A stretch of 58,975 nt of DNA from Eledone cirrhosa (Eukaryota), in the NCBI GenBank assembly GCA_964016885.1, contig CAXHJY010001042.1:1-58975 (forward strand), given 5' to 3'. The notes beneath the pieces were generated by a model. The model had not been told where the DNA came from. It was given only the letters and a program-made list of their open reading frames with translations, and made no database searches. Positions 55,572 to 58,975 of this stretch are shown piece by piece (position 1 is the first letter of the stretch; each line of letters starts with the position of its first letter). Position numbers and translations under genes: made by a program.

Positions 55572-56511
55572 TCTACTTATATATATAACCAGCAATTTCT
55601 CTGTCTGTCTGTCCGACAGTGGAAACACGTGCATAGAGAGAGAGTGAGAGTGAAAGAAAGAGACAGACTACTAGAGGGGGATAGCGGGAGGGAGAGAGAG
55701 TGAATAGACGCTAAAACACGTGCTACAAAAATATTACCTTCCCCTTCCTTTATAGAAACATTACCTTCCCCTCTCCACTGATTTTGGTCACTGAGGCCGA
55801 GGGAATCGCTGGTTGCTATAGAGACACCTTGCACAAGCCAGAAGTAACCAGTTCGAGGCGGTTCTGACTTGACACCATGCGAAGAAGGTTGCCATTGAAT
55901 TTGTGGTTGTTGCTGCTGATAATAAGGACTATTTGAAGAAGGTTGCTGCTGATGAGGTAATTTATTAATCAGATTGCGCAGTTCCATAACCTACATTTGA
56001 TTTGTTCAATTTTTTTCTTCAATTATTTTGTTGTTATTTTTTATTTCTTATTGAAAAAATATAAATAATAAAATAAGGTTAAAAATTTAGATACAATTAA
56101 ATACGATTTAATTTCCATTTCCAGCAGCCAATGTCCAGTGTTCAATTTCATGAAAAAATTGGAAATAATTCAAAAAATTGAAGTTTAACTTTTGAACATT
56201 TGTTTTGACAATAAAAAAATATTTCCTTATTCACACCTAATGGTATGATTAAAATTTCATAAGAATATTTTTTTTTAACCGCCAGTTATTTATTTTCTCC
56301 TTTTTCGTTTTAACATATATTTATTTCAAAGATTTCACCGTATAGATAACATATATATTTATACATGCATAAAAGACACACCGAGAGACGGTGCCGAAAT
56401 GGGGTGCCGAACATGGGGTGCCGAAAACATTTCTCATCCAAATCTCAATAATATCAGTATATACACTAGATTTGCTAGCAGAAAACCGCCCACTGGGTGG
56501 TTTTCTGCTAG
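55572..56511 (+). mobile_element. Non-autonomous Helitron-like element
   Basis: A|TC start, (CTGT)n near the 5' end, terminal hairpin ending TTCTGCTAG. Confidence 0.55.
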
Positions 56512-56832
56512 TCTATATATATAAAACAGAGGATGTCTGTCTGTGTGTCTGTTTCCCTAAAACTCGAGAAGTACACAACCGTTTTTTTTTTCAAACTTTA
56601 CACATGTAACCCCGGAAGTGTTTTGAGGAAAAAAAATGTTAAATTATTCTGACCTAGGGATCTAATTAGTGAAGTGGCCAATGTCTGTACATAATGAGGT
56701 AGTGAGAGGGGAGAGAATGAAACGGAGAAGCGTTTTGCGATAGAGGGGAGAAATGTGAACGAATTACAGAGAGAAAGAGTGAGAGTGAAAGAAACAGACA
56801 GACTAAAAGAGGGGGATAGCGGGAGAGAGAGA

Positions 56833-56885
<53 letters not shown>

Positions 56886-57605
56886 CAGACGCCGTCTTTT
56901 GAGAGTTGTATGCGTCAAAGATACATGACAATGGAATAACTATTGCGTGTGTGTGAGTTTGTGTGCGTTTGCATGCGTGAGTGTGTTTGTGTGCGTGAGT
57001 GATTATAAACTCTCTCACATGGTCTGATGGAATTAAGAAACAGACAGACTAAAAGAGGGGGATAGCGAGAGAGAGAGACGCTGGAAGAGGGGAAGGAAAG
57101 CTATATCTCTTGCTGTCTGCATTACGATACATATATATATATACACACACTGATCGCGTCATAATGACGTAATGCAGACAGCCAGACATACAGACATATA
57201 TTATAAGGGCGCATCGTTATATCTATGTATCTATCTAAAAAGAAAGACTAAAAATTATAGAGAGAGATCGCTAAATCGCCTAATGCGGTCCCGAGGGCAT
57301 TGAAAATTTGAAATACGTTTTGCTCAAAACACTCGCAGGACCATAAGTATTACATGTGTAAAGTTTGAAAACAATCGGTTGGGTGGTTCTCAAGTTTTAG
57401 TGAGCTGACAGACAGACAGACATTCTCTGTTTTAGATATATAGATATAGATATAATTATATATTCGCGTACAGATATTTTTGCATGCACAATAACAAAAT
57501 ATAAATAAACGTATTTATTTCACGAGGCTCAATAAGGATAAATATATATAAAATATATAAGAACCCTAGAGCAAATCCCGAGTAACGCCGGGGCCATTCT
57601 GCTAG
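56512..57605 (+). mobile_element. Non-autonomous Helitron-like element containing an inverted copy of its own 5' end (57320-57444)
   Basis: TC start, CTGT repeats, CCCG..CGGG hairpin 57577-57592, TTCTGCTAG|T end. Confidence 0.7.
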
Positions 57606-57932
57606 TTATATATATATATAATTATTATATATATATTTCGTTTCTGAATTTGTTTAGCAAGATTCTTTATCTGAAATCGTGTGTTGAAACCGATATTGTT
57701 ATACTTTGGGAGGGTCATGTTGCCAATAAGAAACACACGCACCAGTTGCTTTCACTTCAATTTAATTTATTATATATTTATAAATTTACAAATTTATAAA
57801 TATATAATAAATTAAATTGAAGTGAAAGCAACTGGTGCGTGTGTTTCTTATTGGCAACATGACCCTCCCAAAGTATAACAATATTATATATATAATTATA
57901 TATATATATATAATTATACGTATATATGTAAT

Positions 57933-57962
<30 letters not shown>

Positions 57963-57969
<7 letters not shown>

Positions 57970-58294
57970 AAAAAGGGATGAAATCGAAAATGCAACTGAA
58001 GTCTTATTTTTTTTTTAAATATATATATTTTTATTTGGTTCCTTTACCGGTTTCGCAGTTCTTCTGCTTTTCAAAAGGTGAGTTGAGATGGAGGGTTTGT
58101 GGTTTTTCTCACATCTCAACTCACCTTTTGAAAAGCAGAAGAACTGCGAAACCGGTAAAGGAACCAAATAAAAAAATATATATTTTTAAAAAAAATAAGA
58201 CTTCAGTTGCATTTTCGATTTCATCCCTTTTTCTTTATACTTCCACTCGTGTAGGACACCTCGGTTATTTTTCATTTTATAAAAAAAACCTCAC

Positions 58295-58301
<7 letters not shown>
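57963..58301. mobile_element. Fold-back palindrome (57963-58239) with a U3-A8 variant hammerhead on each arm and a one-sided tail
   Basis: CCTT-TTGAAAA-GCAG aagaa CTGC-GAAA-CCGG-TA-AAGG at 58124-58161. Confidence 0.85.
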
Positions 58302-58338
<37 letters not shown>

Positions 58339-58426
58339 ATACTTTGGGAGGGTCATGTTGCCAATAAGAAACACACGCACCAATTATATATATATATATA
58401 TATATATAATTATATGTATATATAAT

Positions 58427-58516
<90 letters not shown>

Positions 58517-58519
<3 letters not shown>

Positions 58520-58900
58520 CGTCCCGTAGGGAACACCGGAGGGCATTGACAACGTGGGTGGATGTGCAGGTGAAAGAGTGGCGGATACGGAAAGGCCCAT
58601 TAGGGCCTGTGAGAGTGGTGAGGGTGGAAATGAAGGGACAAGTGTTGCAGCGGGGACGAGAACAAGGATGAGAGCTGGGTGGAGTCGTGGTAGAGGACGA
58701 GAAGGAACTGCGCACCAGGAGGTCGCGGAGGTTGCGGGCGCGCTTAAAAGCAGTAATAGGTGGGTTTGGAAAAAAGCGAGAAGTGACGCGGTCAGAAGAG
58801 TGGTGGCTGTGGGGAGGGAGGGGTAGGATGGTGGAGAACACGAGTTGTTGGTAGCCAGGAGTTGAGTCGGAGGATAAAGGGCGGCAAAAAAGGGTATGGA
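58517..58900 (-). pseudogene. Neptune-like PLE fragment (thumb end, Cys linker, start of endonuclease)
   Basis: [38 protein letters not shown]. Confidence 0.85.
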
Positions 58901-58975
58901 TACAGGTACATGAATGGACTTGTTATTTTTATCTTCTAAAGACATTTTTTCAATCTCTCTCTCTCTCTCTCTTTT

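Overview
AT-rich eukaryotic DNA with very long (TA)n, (CA)n and (GA)n tracts and no host exon I can support. The SINEs and repeat landscape look like an octopus/coleoid genome (inference). The window is dominated by Penelope-like elements (PLEs) and their hammerhead ribozymes (HHRs). I folded about 35-40 type I HHR motifs by eye, intact plus decayed, from more than 10 families. Highlights: (1) a very young 5.4-kb array of 460-bp monomers, each with a perfect minimal HHR, 8 copies on one strand and 3.6 on the other, inverting exactly at the ribozyme (a retrozyme-like, probably circRNA-derived insertion); (2) an uninterrupted PLE RT/GIY-YIG ORF with an Asn-rich insert that is circularly permuted, its first 23 codons lying at the 3' end and joining the body at the exact codon; (3) many fold-back palindromes of PLE 3' ends inserted in (TA)n, several folding on ribozyme stems; (4) a U3-A8 covariant HHR, one family copy of which starts at the predicted cleavage site. 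Also present: decayed RTE-, Tx1- and CRE-type LINEs, Helitrons, tRNA-derived SINEs, a Tc1/mariner MITE and minisatellites. All structures were folded by eye; no searches were run.
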